A stretch of DNA of 64,000 bases from Ignavibacteriota bacterium (GTDB taxonomy: Bacteria; Bacteroidota; Ignavibacteria; UBA10030; UBA6906), in assembly GCA_963801355.1 (NCBI GenBank), contig CAWDEM010000008.1, positions 2,961,579 to 3,025,578 of the forward strand, written 5' to 3'. This document shows positions 39,001-51,780 of the stretch, in pieces. The notes under the pieces were generated by a model. It worked only from the letters and a program-made list of their open reading frames with translations, did not search any database and was not told where the DNA came from. Every line of letters starts with the position of its first letter. The first letter of the stretch is position 1. The translations under genes were made by a program, and so were the position numbers.

Positions 39001-40589
39001 AGGTTCAACGACTCCAGAACACCATGGACGGCAAAGGGCGGCCGCGCCTCGTTCAACGAGTCCAGATCTCCCTCCAGGTGTACCGTGGTAGGACCGATGG
39101 AAAATCCCAGAGTGCCGGTCAGCTTTTGACTGCGTGCGGACATCTGCAGTTGTGCGCGGCTGACAGGGTGGTGCCGGAATGTCGATGTGTCAAGAGAAGC
39201 GTTGACCATTGCATTCATCCGTGCGGGCTTGACGCCGTATCCATCCACCGCTATACGTCCATTCAGATTGCTCGCCAGCGCGGGATCCTCGAGGAGCCGG
39301 GCAAGATCCACGCCTTGCATGTGCACAGTGCCCCGGTACTGCAACGTGCGCGGTCCACCGATGCGCAGGGCAAACTCGTCCGTTCTCAGTTTGCCGGCGC
39401 TGCAGCTGGCGGTTAGTCGTGTCACAAAATCCAACGGCGTACCGCGGTATGCTCCCTGGAGGCTGACCGGACCCAGGGATGAAAAGTCGGGAAGATCAAA
39501 TGACGGCAACAACCGTAAAGGGTCGGCGGGATCAATTTCGGTTTCGCCGATCTGGAGGTTGAGTGCGAGGTTTGATGGATTGTGGAGGTTGAGGACGGCG
39601 CCGTTCACCTGAATATGGCTTGAACCAAAATGCAGATCCAGCGGATTGACCTGGAGCGCACCGAATGGACCTTCCGCGTGCAGCGTTCCATCAACTGTCC
39701 CTTTGAGAAACGCCGTCTGGGAAATGATGCTTCCCAGCTCGTGGAAATTGAGCCGGTCAATGCTCAAATCGACATATGTCGGCACCTTTTCCATCTGCCC
39801 GAATTCCACTCCGCCCAAAATATCGGCTCCCACAATGCCTGCCGTGAGTGCAAAACGCGAGCTGTCGGTGACCACTCTCATGTCCATCACCTCGACCGAG
39901 GATGGTGCGACATGGAATGTGCCGGTGAACTGGCGGATCCGGATGGGCGTCCGGGCTATGGTGCAGGTGAACCTGCTCAGCGCCGCTTCGTACGACGTGT
40001 CACGCATTTGAAACGAGAGCACAACGTTCAAGTCCTGCACACGCAACCGGTTGTAGCGAACTGCATCGGGAGCCAGATCCCCCTCCGGTTCACGCATTCC
40101 CACTGAATCGGTAATACTGAATGTGCCATCGCGCAGCTCGAAGTGTCCAACACTGACAGGCCAGTCGAACGCCCCCGCGGAGGTATCCTCCTCTGTCGGC
40201 CGTATCATCTCCTCGATATTCCACAGCCCTGCCCCCGATCTCCGCAAGTGAATGACGGGATGGTACAAGGTGATGTCATGGACAGCTATGGATCTTGAGG
40301 GAAGCGCAAAGAGGTTGTACCGGATATTGAGCTGATCTGCGTGAACGATGGTATCGCCGCGCAACGAGAGGGTAATGCCGTGCACGTTGAAACCGGTAAC
40401 GAGATTGCCGGTGATATCACCGAGGACGACATCGGCGGTGAGGAGTGAATCGAGTTGATCGAGAGCAACAGCGCGCAGCCGGTCGCGGAAAATCTGCGTC
40501 TGGCTGAAGCCGGCAAGAAGCAGGAAAAGGACAAGAATTCCCAGTATGCCGTACAGAATCACGCGCAGTATGTTTTTAAGGGCCTTCAT
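36041..40589 (-). CDS. tamB: TamB/AsmA-like translocation and assembly module protein (one apparent frameshift near 38957)
   Basis: N-terminal membrane anchor plus QT.IFR; beta-taenia repeats; C-terminal FTGD..NPELDI.A.Y and YYRFSF; removing one base at 38957 joins the two ORFs. Confidence 0.82.
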
Positions 40590-40623
40590 TGCGAGGAGCG
40601 TTTCTCAGCGACGAAGCAATCTC
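40586..40623 (+). repeat. Palindromic REP-like element, copy 2
   Basis: TCATTGCGAGGAGCGTTTCTCAGCGACGAAGCAATCTC; overlaps the tamB ATG and the rfaE2 stop. Confidence 0.8.
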
Positions 40624-41101
40624 ATCGCTTGTACTTCTCCAGCACCTTCTGTATCACCCCCGTTGTCGACCTTCCCTGCGTCAGGCGGATGCGCTGTACG
40701 CAGCCCCCATGTGCCTCCACGATATCTTTGCCGACAATTGCATTCGCACTCCAGTCCGCACCCTTGACCAGGACGTCCGGGATGAGTGCGGCAATCAACC
40801 GCTGCGGTGTGTCATCTCCAAACATGCATACGTAGTCAACGCAGCCGAGTGCTGAAAGCACCGCCGCCCGGTCCCTGTTCGGGTTGATCGGACGTTTGTC
40901 CCCCTTGATGCGCCGTATCGACGCATCGGTGTTTAATCCGACCACCAGCACGTCCCCCATCCGGCGCGCGGCCTGGAGATACTCCACATGACCGCGGTGA
41001 AGAATATCAAATGTGCCGTTGGTAAACACGACCCGCTTCCCGGCGCGTTTCAACCGCCGGCGGATCCGGACCAGCGCGGCACGCCCGACTACTTGACCCA
41101 T
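40622..41101 (-). CDS. rfaE2: D-glycero-beta-D-manno-heptose 1-phosphate adenylyltransferase
   Basis: FTNGTFDILHRGH, GLNTDAS, KGADW and STT motifs. Confidence 0.95.
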   Translation of the reverse strand: MGQVVGRAALVRIRRRLKRAGKRVVFTNGTFDILHRGHVEYLQAARRMGDVLVVGLNTDASIRRIKGDKRPINPNRDRAAVLSALGCVDYVCMFGDDTPQRLIAALIPDVLVKGADWSANAIVGKDIVEAHGGCVQRIRLTQGRSTTGVIQKVLEKYKR

Positions 41102-42045
41102 TAGTGTGCTCCCGTTGTCGCAAGGTAGTGTGCTACGGCTTCACGCAATTCGTCCGGACGGATCGGCACAATGCCGATGGCGCCTACCACAACACTGCTC
41201 GCACAGTTGGCGAGTATACAGGCTTCCCGGATGTCCGCACCGCTTGCCAGCGCCATGGTCACCGTGGAGATCACCGTGTCGCCTGCGCCCGAGACATCCT
41301 GCACGTTTGCCGCCACTGACGGAAGGTGGAACACCTTCCCGTTCGCCTCGAAGAGTGACATCCCGTCTTCGCCGCGGGTCAGCAGCACATTTTCAGCCTC
41401 CAGTTTTTGGAGCAACAGCTTCCCGGCACGCTCAACATCCTCCACGCTCCGCAGCCGGCCTCCCAGCACTTCCTCTGCTTCGCGGCGGTTGGGTTTGAAC
41501 ACCGTGACCTGCTTGTAGTCCAGAAAATTGTCGAATTTCGGGTCAACCGTAATGATCTTGCGGTGTTGGCGCGCCAGCGCGATCACTTCGTGTATCAGTT
41601 CCTTCGACACAACCCCTTTATTGTAGTCTTCAATGATAATCCCGTCAAGCGAAGTAATTGCCTTGCGCACGACGTCAACCAACTGTTCCCGGAGCCGGGG
41701 GGAGCACGGAGATTTGGATTCATTGTCGATCCGCACAACATGTTGCCCCTGTGCAATAACGCGTGTCTTCACGGTTGTCGGCCGCGAAGGATCCGTGATG
41801 AGTCCGCTGCCGTCGAAGCCCGCCTCGAGTACCAGATCTCGCAGGACCGTGCCGATATGATCATCCCCCACCATGCCGATCACAAGGGGGGAACCTCCCA
41901 GCGAATAGATATTGTTGGCGACGTTTGCAGCGCCGCCGAGCCGGGTCGACTCGGATTCCACCTCCACAACCGGGACGGGCGCTTCGGGTGATACCCTCCG
42001 TACCGCCCCCCAGTAGTACCGGTCGAGCATAATGTCGCCCAGCAC
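41101..42045 (-). CDS. rfaE1: D-glycero-beta-D-manno-heptose-7-phosphate kinase
   Basis: GDIMLDRY, SPEAPVP, GGAANVA and DVSGAGDT motifs; frame stays open upstream to ~42120, so the true start is probably hidden by an indel. Confidence 0.93.
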   Translation of the reverse strand: MLGDIMLDRYYWGAVRRVSPEAPVPVVEVESESTRLGGAANVANNIYSLGGSPLVIGMVGDDHIGTVLRDLVLEAGFDGSGLITDPSRPTTVKTRVIAQGQHVVRIDNESKSPCSPRLREQLVDVVRKAITSLDGIIIEDYNKGVVSKELIHEVIALARQHRKIITVDPKFDNFLDYKQVTVFKPNRREAEEVLGGRLRSVEDVERAGKLLLQKLEAENVLLTRGEDGMSLFEANGKVFHLPSVAANVQDVSGAGDTVISTVTMALASGADIREACILANCASSVVVGAIGIVPIRPDELREAVAHYLATTGAH

Positions 42046-42128
42046 CGCAATCCGTTTGCCGGCAAAGCGGTCTACAAGAGCGTCAAAGTGTTGTTGTGAT
42101 GGTCGTTGCGAGCTCTCACACTAAGATA

Positions 42129-42157
42129 AATATATGTACACCCCCCCCTATCCGCAA
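42129..42157 (-). promoter_or_regulatory. Putative promoter TTGCGG-17-TATATT with a G8 tract in the spacer
   Basis: -35 at 42157-42152, -10 at 42134-42129, C8 (plus strand) at 42141-42148. Confidence 0.55.
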
Positions 42158-42229
42158 GGCGCCGAACTGCCTCATTGAAAATCGAGACGAAATCGACTCG
42201 TTGCCTCAAATGGAAAATCGAGTCGAAAA

Positions 42230-42790
42230 TCACTTCAGCATAGGTTTCAGCAACTTTACGAGCCGGTCCACGGTCAAACCCAGCCGCATCTGGTCTGCCT
42301 GGATCGTAATGTCGGCCCGCTCATAGAGCGGTTCGCGCACCGCAAGAAGCTCGAGTATCCGCTTCCGCAGCTCTTCTTCATTCAGCCGTTCTCCGTCGGG
42401 ACCCAGGATCATCGGACGGTCGGTCTTGTTCCGCAATCGGCGGACGATCTGCTCCACGGGCACTTTGATATAGACAAGGATCCCCGTGGACGTCACAACT
42501 GTCAGCGCTCCCTCGTCTGCAAGCGTCCCGCCTCCGAGAGAAACGATGATCCGGTCGCGGAGACTCAATTCCGTAACCGACTCCCGTTCCTTCCGGCGGA
42601 AATATGCTTCACCGTGATCCTGAAAAATCTTCCGGACGCTCTTCCCCTCCCGGGCCGCAACGGTGACGTCCAGATCTGCAAACTCGAACCCGAGCACGTT
42701 TGCCAGAATGGGTCCGATTGTGCTCTTGCCGCTGGTCATGAAGCCTGTGAGATAGATCCGGCGGTTGCGCTGGTGCAGTGGTACCGTCAT
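42230..42790 (-). CDS. aroK: Shikimate kinase
   Basis: GFMTSGKST, GEAYFR..E, SLGGG, RP and R.PLY motifs. Confidence 0.95.
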   Translation of the reverse strand: MTVPLHQRNRRIYLTGFMTSGKSTIGPILANVLGFEFADLDVTVAAREGKSVRKIFQDHGEAYFRRKERESVTELSLRDRIIVSLGGGTLADEGALTVVTSTGILVYIKVPVEQIVRRLRNKTDRPMILGPDGERLNEEELRKRILELLAVREPLYERADITIQADQMRLGLTVDRLVKLLKPMLK

Positions 42791-42850
42791 GGCAGCACTT
42801 TCAGGCGTTCGACCAGGGATTGTGCGGAGGGCATTGCAGTGTCGGGGGGA

Positions 42851-43558
42851 TTAGAAACTCACGCCAAGTCCAACCTGGATCACCATGCCATCGGTGTGGA
42901 TACTCGATTCCAATGGGCCGCTCGGGAGATTCACCAGAATGCCGTTGTATCTCACGTTCGCGGCCTGGAAGCGATTGGTGGCCTGGAACTGCGCGTCGCG
43001 GAATTTGATATCTGCTGAGACGGAGAACCATTCGTTGAAGGAGTACCCGACTCCCCCGAGCACATGAATGCCGTAGCCTGCGCGGGTTTCCATTGTGGGT
43101 GCCTCGACGCCGGCCATCGCATAATGACGCTCACCGAAGTAGATCCCGATGCCGCCGCCCATAATGACGCTGAATGCGCCCGAGGTAACCGGAATCCGGA
43201 AGTAACCGGTGAGTTCAACGGGGATGACCCGGTAGTAGTCCTCCACTGGAATAACCCGTTGCGCGGATGTGACAATGTTGCGTCCGCCGCTGTTGCGGAC
43301 AAGTTCCGAAGAGAGACCCAGTGAGATATTGCTGCCGGGGAAGCGGTACTGCAGTTCGGCGCCGATGCCGTAAAAATCCGAGAAGGAAAAGGACTGTGCG
43401 CGCGTCACAGGGTCGGCTGCATGCGGATTGGGGAACAGCCGCCCCTGGGTATTTAACGATCCACGCGCAACAACGGTGAAGGTGCGTTCCTGCCCCGGGG
43501 AAGGGCTCGCCGAAGCCAGCATGAGGGCAGCGGTGCACATCATGACAACGCCACGCAT
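42851..43558 (-). CDS. Outer membrane beta-barrel protein (OmpA/OmpW-like)
   Basis: Signal peptide, amphipathic strands, GGGIG motif, C-terminal Phe. Confidence 0.75.
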   Translation of the reverse strand: MRGVVMMCTAALMLASASPSPGQERTFTVVARGSLNTQGRLFPNPHAADPVTRAQSFSFSDFYGIGAELQYRFPGSNISLGLSSELVRNSGGRNIVTSAQRVIPVEDYYRVIPVELTGYFRIPVTSGAFSVIMGGGIGIYFGERHYAMAGVEAPTMETRAGYGIHVLGGVGYSFNEWFSVSADIKFRDAQFQATNRFQAANVRYNGILVNLPSGPLESSIHTDGMVIQVGLGVSF

Positions 43559-43588
43559 CGTCCCACCTCCCTTCCCGCAGGGACCGGA

Positions 43589-45724
43589 CTACCGGAAGAA
43601 CCGGTCCCGGTTGTCCTCGATATTACCCTTGTCTTTCAACATGGTCAGCCAATCAGACAGGAACCGGTTACGTTTTTCCTGAAGCAGGCGCGTCTTGAGT
43701 GCGTCATGTTCGGCACTGTACGCCACCGAATCAATCGGTGTCACACTCAGCACCTGAACAAGGAATGCACCCCGCTGATTCTGTACCGCCTGGGAAACCT
43801 GGCCCGGCTGCAAACCGGCCACAGCGCCGAGGAAGAACGGATCCCGTCCGACACCCGGTACGTTCGCTCCCAGCGTGAATGCCGGAATCTCCTGCACAGT
43901 TACGGCCGGGTTGAATGTGGTTACCTTTTTCAGGCTTTCGCCGGCTGCAAGTTTCTGACGGAGCTCTTCAGCAATGGCCTTGGCCCGCTCGATCTTCTTC
44001 TGACGCAGCGCCAGCGGACGTACCTGGTCTTTCACTTCGTCAAACGGCCGCACGCCGGCATCCTTCGCCTCAGCCACCGCGACGACCACGGAGCCCGTCG
44101 GTGTAGTGTAGGGATCGCTCACCGAACCCACCTTGTTGTCGAATGCCCACCTCACCACCTGCGGGAGCATGCCGATGCCGGGCACCACGGTGCTCTTTTC
44201 CTGTACCTGTGTCTCTTTTACTTCGAATCCCAGCTGCTGGGCTTCTTTGGCAAATTCCGTTTCCCGTGCGTTGTAGGCAAAGTCGCGCGCGCGGTCATAG
44301 AGATCATTCTTCGTCTGGCTGCTTGGTTCGATTTTCAGATCGATGTGCGCGAGCTTCAGTTCACGTGCGTCGCGAGCGTGGACCTTGATAATGTGCAAGC
44401 CGTACGGGGACCGGATCGGACCCACAACCTGTCCGGGCCTGGCAGCAAATGCGGCTTTTTCGAAATCCGGCACCATCCGCCCTTTGCCGAACCAGCCGAG
44501 ATCCCCGCCGTTCTTTGCCGAGCCGGCATCTTTGGAATACTGCTGTGCGAGCGCGGCAAAATCCTTGCCCGCCTGGGCATCTTTCACAAGCGTGCGGGCC
44601 AATGCCTTTGTGGCTGTCGTATCACTACCCGGGTCAAGCGAGAGAAGAATATGACTTGCGTGGATGAACTCTTCTTTTCCCTTCCGTGCGTCCAGCACCT
44701 TCAGAAGATGATAGCCGTCATTGTCCTGTAGCGGGCCGACAACTTCTCCCACCTGTGCAGCAAAGGCCGCCTTTTCGACCGCGGGGCTGAGTTCCCCGTG
44801 GCGGAAGAACGCGCCGCTGTCGGGTTTGTCGGCATACGTCGAGACCACCTGCAGGAAATCAACGCCTGACCGGGCCTTCTGTGCTGCGTCGTCGATATCC
44901 TCCTTACGCATGGCGGAGTCCGACGCCGAAGGGCGTTCGATGAACTGCACGTAGCTCAGTTTGCGCATTGCTTCAACACGGTACTGATCGGGATTTTCGT
45001 CATAGTATGCGCGGACATCGGCGTCGCTGAGTTGAACAGCCGAATCCGGAACCATCTGGTTGGCATCGATCAGCGCGTAGAGCGCCGTGTATTTCTGGTT
45101 CTGGTCGAGGTAGCGCTGACGCACCTCCCCTTCGTTCACGCGCACGGATGTCAGCAGCACGCTCTGAAGCTTTTCCTGCAACTTGCGCTGACGCAAATTC
45201 TGCTCATACTGCTTCAGCCACTTCGTCCCGAACTCCGGATCGGAGCCCTCGGGGTCGCGGATAAACTGATTGGGGTTGGCAAGGAACTGCTCGTACATGT
45301 CCCGGCGGAACGTCCCGGTCGAGTCGGTGAAATTCCGGCGGAGGTCCTCGGGAGGATTCTCGCCGCGCACCCAGTCCACCAGCTCCTGATCGGTCACCTT
45401 TATGCCCATCCGTTGCAGCTCTTCGTCCACCAGGCGTTGCGTGACAAGATTCTGCCAGACCTGTTCGCGGATTTGCGTCAATGCGTTTTCGTCGGGTTCG
45501 GTGCCGTTCTGGGCCTTCTGATTGTCGGACGCCACTTTCACCATCTCGCTGAACTCTTTGTACGACACATCGTAGCCGTTGATCTTCCCGATCGTATCCG
45601 AACCGCCGCCGCGCATCCCCATGTAGTCCATCCCCCACTCAAACACGATCGTGATGAGGAACGCGATCAACAAACCGAAGAGGATAACGGGCATGCTATC
45701 CCGCATCCGAGTCATGATAGGCAT
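43589..45724 (-). CDS. PpiD-like membrane-anchored parvulin peptidyl-prolyl isomerase
   Basis: N-terminal anchor, SurA-N-like domain, ASHILL, GGDLGWF, FEKAAF and YGLHII motifs. Confidence 0.92.
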   Translation of the reverse strand: MPIMTRMRDSMPVILFGLLIAFLITIVFEWGMDYMGMRGGGSDTIGKINGYDVSYKEFSEMVKVASDNQKAQNGTEPDENALTQIREQVWQNLVTQRLVDEELQRMGIKVTDQELVDWVRGENPPEDLRRNFTDSTGTFRRDMYEQFLANPNQFIRDPEGSDPEFGTKWLKQYEQNLRQRKLQEKLQSVLLTSVRVNEGEVRQRYLDQNQKYTALYALIDANQMVPDSAVQLSDADVRAYYDENPDQYRVEAMRKLSYVQFIERPSASDSAMRKEDIDDAAQKARSGVDFLQVVSTYADKPDSGAFFRHGELSPAVEKAAFAAQVGEVVGPLQDNDGYHLLKVLDARKGKEEFIHASHILLSLDPGSDTTATKALARTLVKDAQAGKDFAALAQQYSKDAGSAKNGGDLGWFGKGRMVPDFEKAAFAARPGQVVGPIRSPYGLHIIKVHARDARELKLAHIDLKIEPSSQTKNDLYDRARDFAYNARETEFAKEAQQLGFEVKETQVQEKSTVVPGIGMLPQVVRWAFDNKVGSVSDPYTTPTGSVVVAVAEAKDAGVRPFDEVKDQVRPLALRQKKIERAKAIAEELRQKLAAGESLKKVTTFNPAVTVQEIPAFTLGANVPGVGRDPFFLGAVAGLQPGQVSQAVQNQRGAFLVQVLSVTPIDSVAYSAEHDALKTRLLQEKRNRFLSDWLTMLKDKGNIEDNRDRFFR

Positions 45725-45812
45725 AGCTGTAAACCAACCTCCTTACCGGGGAAAAAGCGGAAAATGATGTTTAATAATATACCCGAATAACGCTGGAAAA
45801 GCAACGCATTTC

Positions 45813-45841
45813 TTGACTTTTCCACCACTTCAAGGTATATT
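45813..45841 (+). promoter_or_regulatory. sigma70-type promoter of secDF: TTGACT-17-TATATT
   Basis: Near-consensus hexamers with a 17-bp spacer; GGAGG RBS before the TTG start. Confidence 0.75.
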
Positions 45842-45888
45842 TATGGGCTTTCCATAAGTCCCCGAATGGTTGACCCCGGAGGTGTGCA

Positions 45889-47744
45889 TTGAGCAAGTAC
45901 AGATGGAAACTGCTGGTCATTGTAGCTACTGTTGGTCTTGCGCTCTACTTTCTGTACCCCACGTACAGGGACTACGAGCTTCACTCCCAGTTGAAAGGGC
46001 TTCACGGATCCGACAGCCTGCAGTTCGTCGAACAGAACGAGACCGAGCTCCGGGAAAACCGGGCGAAACGCATCAAGCTTGGCCTTGACCTGCAAGGCGG
46101 CATGCGCGTGGTGCTTGAGGTAAACGTCCTCAAACTCCTGGAAGACCTGGGAAAGAACAAGGACGAAGCATTCGCGAAGATCATGGCGGAAGTCCGTGAA
46201 GAAGTCAAGAAGACCGATGAATCCCCCGTTATCCTCATGCGCCGCAAGTTTGAAGCGCAACAGATCAGGATGAGCCGGTACTACGGCAGCCTGCGCGACG
46301 ACAACGACAAAGTCGCTTCAATGCTGGAGGATGAATCCAAGAAGGCGATCGACCGCGCTATTGAAATCGTCGGCAACCGTGTCGACCAGTACGGCGTATC
46401 TGAGCCATCCATCCAGAAACTGGGCGGCACCCGTATCAACGTGGAGCTTCCCGGCGTCAGCAAGGAAACCGAAGTACGCCAGCTGCTGCAGGGGACCGCT
46501 CTCCTGGAGTTCAAGCTGCTGAAAGACCCCGATGTCGCATACCGCATCATGGAGTCGATCGACAAGACACTGGCCTCCAGCGGCGCTGCTGACACTACAG
46601 ACACGACTCTTGCAGCCAAGGCAGGGTTCACCGATACCTCGAAGATCACCACCCCCGAGGGGGAGATGGACGCGGAGCAGTTCGCAAAGAAGCACCCCTT
46701 CTTCACCGTCGCCCTGGTGAGCCAGCAGTATCCCGGTGAGGCGCTCGTGGCCGAAGACAACCGCGATAAGATCCGGCGCTGGCTTGACCGCGACGATGTC
46801 GTCCGCTCCATCCCCGGTGATATTCAGTTCCTCTGGAGCGCCAAGCCGCGCACCATGGAGGGCGGCAAGAAATATTTTGTGCTCTACCCCGTGAAAAGCA
46901 CCGCGGAACTGACAGGCGGCGTCATTGTGAATGCGAAGGCGACACTGGACCCCAGCTTCAATCAACCCATCGTGACGATGGAGATGAACAGCGAGGGATC
47001 CCGCGAATGGTCGCGCATCACCGGCGCCAATGTGAATAAACGCATTGCCATCGTGATGGACAATGCGGTCTTCTCCGCCCCGGTCGTCCGCAACAAGATC
47101 ACCGGCGGCCATTCCCAGATTGAAGGAATGGACAACCTTGACGAAGCCCGCCTGCTCGAGATCGTGCTGAAAGCCGGTGCACTCCCCGCACCTGTGGAGA
47201 TTATCGAACAGCGTTCCGTCGGGCCGTCACTTGGTGAAGACTCCATCCGCAACGGCATCACGGCATCCGTTCTTGCCGTCGTGCTCACGAGTCATCTTCA
47301 TGGCCTTCTACTACCATACCGGCGGCCTGGTGGCTGACTTCGCGATTGGTGTTCTGCATGCTCTTCCTGCTGGGCGTCCTGGCGGCATTTCAGGGAACGC
47401 TCACGCTTCCGGGCATCGCGGGCATCATTCTGACCCTTGCCGTCGCCGTGGATGCGAACGTTCTGATTTATGAGCGTATCCGCGAAGAACAGGCCACCGG
47501 CAAGACGCTGCGTGCGGCCATCGACGCAGGCTACGAAAAAGCGTTCAGCGCGATTTTCGACTCAAACCTGACAACGTTCATCTCTGGCGTGATTCTGTAC
47601 CAATTCGGCAGCGGTCCAATTCAAGGGTTCGCCCTCACGCTGATGATCGGTATTGTTGCGTCGATGTTCAGCGCAATCTATATCACGCGCGCGGTCTTCT
47701 ATATCCTGACCGACCGATACGGGTCAAAGGTCACATTCGGTTAA
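45889..47744 (+). CDS. secD: Protein translocase subunit SecD (two apparent +1 frameshifts, 47290 and 47345)
   Basis: LGLDLQGG, RVDQYGVSEP, AGALPAP, VGPSLG, LTLPGIAG and VDANVLIYERIRE motifs. Confidence 0.95.
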
Positions 47745-47769
47745 GCGATTTTCTCGGGAGAATGCGGTT

Positions 47770-48689
47770 ATGCGGTTTTTCAAGAAAACATCTATCGACT
47801 TCATGGGGAAACGCACGACCTGGTACATGGTATCAGGCATGGTGATCCTCATCGGCATGGTGACTCTGGCACTGCGGGGGGTCGACTTCGGCATTGACTT
47901 CCTCGGCGGCACCGAACTCGTCGTGCACTTCAACGAGCCCGTTTCCATCAGCGATGTCCGTACGTCCATGGACCGCATCGGCATGGGCAAGGCGGAAATC
48001 AAGACGTTCGGCAGCGACCAGGATATCCTGATCCGCACGGCCGAACAGGCCGAAGGGACCACCATCGGCGACCGGATGCTCGCGGCATTGAAAGAATCCT
48101 TCCCCGCCAATCCGTACACGGTGCTGAAGGAAGACAAGATCGGCCCCAAGATTGGCGCTGAGTTGCGCCGCAACGCCCTCTATGCCGTTCTCGCATCGGT
48201 GATTGCCATCGGCATCTACATCGGGTTCCGGTTCAAGATGGTCTACGGCGTCGGCGCTGTCGTGGCATTGTTCCATGACGTTCTCGTGACACTCGGGATG
48301 ATCGCCATCTTCAACGGCGTCTTCAATCTCGAAATCAACCAGAACATGATCGCCGCATTCCTGACTCTTGTCGGTCTGTCGGTGAACGACACCGTGGTGG
48401 TCTTCGACCGTATCCGCGAAAACCAGAAGATATTCCGAACCATGAACATCTGCCGATCTGATGAACAAGAGCATTAACGAGACGCTCAGCCGGACTATCA
48501 TCACTTCCGGAACAATCCTCATAGTGCTTATTGTCCTGCTGCTGGTCGGCGGTGAAGTCTATGCGCGGATTCGCTTTTGCACTGACGGTCGGTATAGTCG
48601 TGGGTACCTATTCGTCCATCTTCGTTGCCAGCGCCGTCGCACTCGACTGGACACTCAAAACGAAGACGTCCGGCAAACTCATCGAGTAA
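47770..48689 (+). CDS. secF: Protein translocase subunit SecF (two apparent +1 frameshifts, 48451 and 48560)
   Basis: GIDFLGG, ALFHDV, NDTVVVFDRIRE, TLSRTI and GTYSSIFVA motifs spread across three frames; TAA at 48687-48689. Confidence 0.95.
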
Positions 48690-48714
48690 TCATGTCTGGA
48701 TCGAGGAGATCGCC

Positions 48715-49056
48715 ATGAAGCTCAAGACATCGGCGCAGGGTCCTGTTACGGTGTTCCATCTGGACGGCAATCTCATGGGTGGACCCGACGCCACGGCCCT
48801 CAACAGCAAGCTGCACGAGCTGGTGGAAAAAGGGAAGACGCAGGTGGTCATCGATCTCAAGAAAGTGGAGTTCATGAACAGTTCCGGCCTGGGACTCCTC
48901 ATCGGCGGTGCGAGCCTCATGAAAAATGCCGGCGGCGGCCTGAAACTCGCCTGCGTATCCGCGAAGATCATGACGCTCATCAAGATCGCCCGCCTCGGCT
49001 CCATTTTCGAAACCTTCAAGAATGTGCCGGAGGCCGTTGCCGCTTTCAAGAAGTAA
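48715..49056 (+). CDS. STAS-domain anti-sigma factor antagonist
   Basis: V.FMNSSGLG phosphorylation motif; GAGGAG RBS. Confidence 0.92.
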   Translation: MKLKTSAQGPVTVFHLDGNLMGGPDATALNSKLHELVEKGKTQVVIDLKKVEFMNSSGLGLLIGGASLMKNAGGGLKLACVSAKIMTLIKIARLGSIFETFKNVPEAVAAFKK

Positions 49057-49074
49057 GAGGTACGTCTGTTTGCG

Positions 49075-49110
49075 CCTCCGGCCTCCCCTGTATGGGGTCG
49101 GAGGTTTTTT
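49075..49110 (+). terminator. Rho-independent terminator
   Basis: CCTCCGG...TCGGAGG stem followed by TTTTTT. Confidence 0.8.
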
Positions 49111-49148
49111 GTGTCCGCACGTCACCATACATACTGGGGTGCTTAACG

Positions 49149-51624
<2,476 letters not shown>

Positions 51625-51664
51625 GTCCTTGCGAGGCAGCGAAGCTCAGCGACGAAGCAACCTC
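51625..51664 (+). repeat. Palindromic REP-like element, copy 3 (absent from the duplicate locus)
   Basis: GTCCTTGCGAGGCAGCGAAGCTCAGCGACGAAGCAACCTC immediately after the TAA stop. Confidence 0.85.
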
Positions 51665-51673
51665 GCCCCTAAA

Positions 51674-51703
51674 TGCATCGGCCCGCTTTCGCGGGCCGAT
51701 GCA
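51674..51703. terminator. Hairpin between convergent genes (possible bidirectional terminator)
   Basis: TGCATCGGCCCGC-TTTC-GCGGGCCGATGCA, perfect 13-bp stem; degenerate copy at ~53692-53723. Confidence 0.6.
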
Positions 51704-51717
51704 ATCACACTCCCCCT

Positions 51718-51758
51718 GTCCTTGCGAGGAGCGCTTCGTCAGCGACCGAAGCAATCTC
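51718..51758 (+). repeat. Palindromic REP-like element, copy 4
   Basis: GTCCTTGCGAGGAGCGCTTCGTCAGCGACCGAAGCAATCTC. Confidence 0.85.
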
Positions 51759-51780
51759 ACCCTCAAATCACCGTTGAACC

